Of a stretch of DNA of 64,000 bases, positions 63,062-64,000 are shown piece by piece. This DNA comes from Camelus dromedarius (taxonomy: Eukaryota): contig NC_087437.1 of NCBI RefSeq assembly GCF_036321535.1, forward strand, positions 79,858,001-79,922,000. Direction: 5' to 3'. Made by a program: the position numbers and the translations under genes. The number at the start of each line of letters is the position of its first letter. The stretch's first letter is position 1. The notes beneath the pieces were generated by a model, which was not told the DNA's origin, did no database searches, and saw only the letters and a list, made by a program, of their open reading frames with translations.

Positions 63062-64000
63062 AAAAGATTGTTTCCATTATCATAATTTCTCTTCTCAGTG
63101 ATTCCCACGGTAAGGATCATTAGTAAGCAGATGATTGCTTTCTATCAGGAGCCAGGGAAGCTTGGAGAAGCTACAGACAACAGTCTTCAGCACAAGCGAC
63201 TGCAGTCAGCTAGAATGGGTGAGCAAACCAAAGATTGGAAGAGGCAGAATGAGCGAGGTAGGCACAGAGCCTTTAAATCTACGACAATGTAATCAGCTTC
63301 AGGAAAGAATATCAGCAAAATATGCATATGAGGTAACTGGATATCTGAAATTACATTTAAATGGATTAAGTCTGCTAAAAATGATCAATAGTAATTTTAA
63401 GGCTTCTTTGTAAGATCAACCTCATACAACTCTTAGAGGTTTTTCTCCTACACAGAACAGTATGAAATAAAATCAAAACAGGGAAAAGATAACTGTACTT
63501 AATGATTGAAAAAACCCTAAATGACTAATCAATTTTCTTTGGAAAAATATGTTTGAATACCACAGCTTAAAAGCTTACATTAGTTTCTATTCCAACGCTT
63601 GAAAGTTAGCAACAGAATAATGCAATTTTCTTTGCAATAATGATAGTCTTACTGCACCTACTTAATATAAACAAAAGATAAAAACTGGTCAATAAGACAA
63701 TCTGTTTATTTAACTCCCAATCTCCCAGGTAGATTCTAGCTAAATAAAAAAGGTAATCTAAGGTTAGTCTTTCATGGAAATGCTCTTTTAATGAAAAATA
63801 ACCCTATTTTAACTAATACTCATTTTAAAACAGATTCAGAATTAAGAATCCTCTTTAAATTCAGGCTAATAAATTTCATGGGATTCAGAGTACTTGTAGT
63901 CCAAATAGGTTCTTACCAAAGGCTTTGCTATTACAGCCATCCAGATTTAGTGGAGCTGACCTCACAAACAATGGAGATTTGGAAACCCTAACAGAGTTAC

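Overview
AT-rich mammalian genomic DNA with no recognisable protein-coding gene, so it is probably intergenic or part of a large intron. It is most likely camelid: it has two short tRNA(Ala)-derived Vic-1-type SINEs and artiodactyl-type L1 3' ends, and I saw no Bov-A/BovB, PRE-1, Alu or B1 elements. None of the supplied ORFs matches a protein I recognise, and many lie inside transposon relics. A large share of the window is interspersed repeat: L1, L2, L3/CR1, MIR, MLT1 and ERV solo LTRs, MER5A, MER33, MER53, MER58, MER82, Tigger1/2 derivatives. The most notable items are an ancient AmnSINE1 relic, two copies of a Tigger2-ended MITE carrying a captured MIR-like interior, an inverted twin-primed-like L1 insertion, a strong CTCF motif, a well-formed orphan exon at 30441-30528, and a few non-repeat CpG-retaining enhancer-like patches. 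Repeat family names come from my recall of consensus sequences, not from a database search. Coordinates of old repeats are approximate. I found no convincing evidence for a new multi-gene system.
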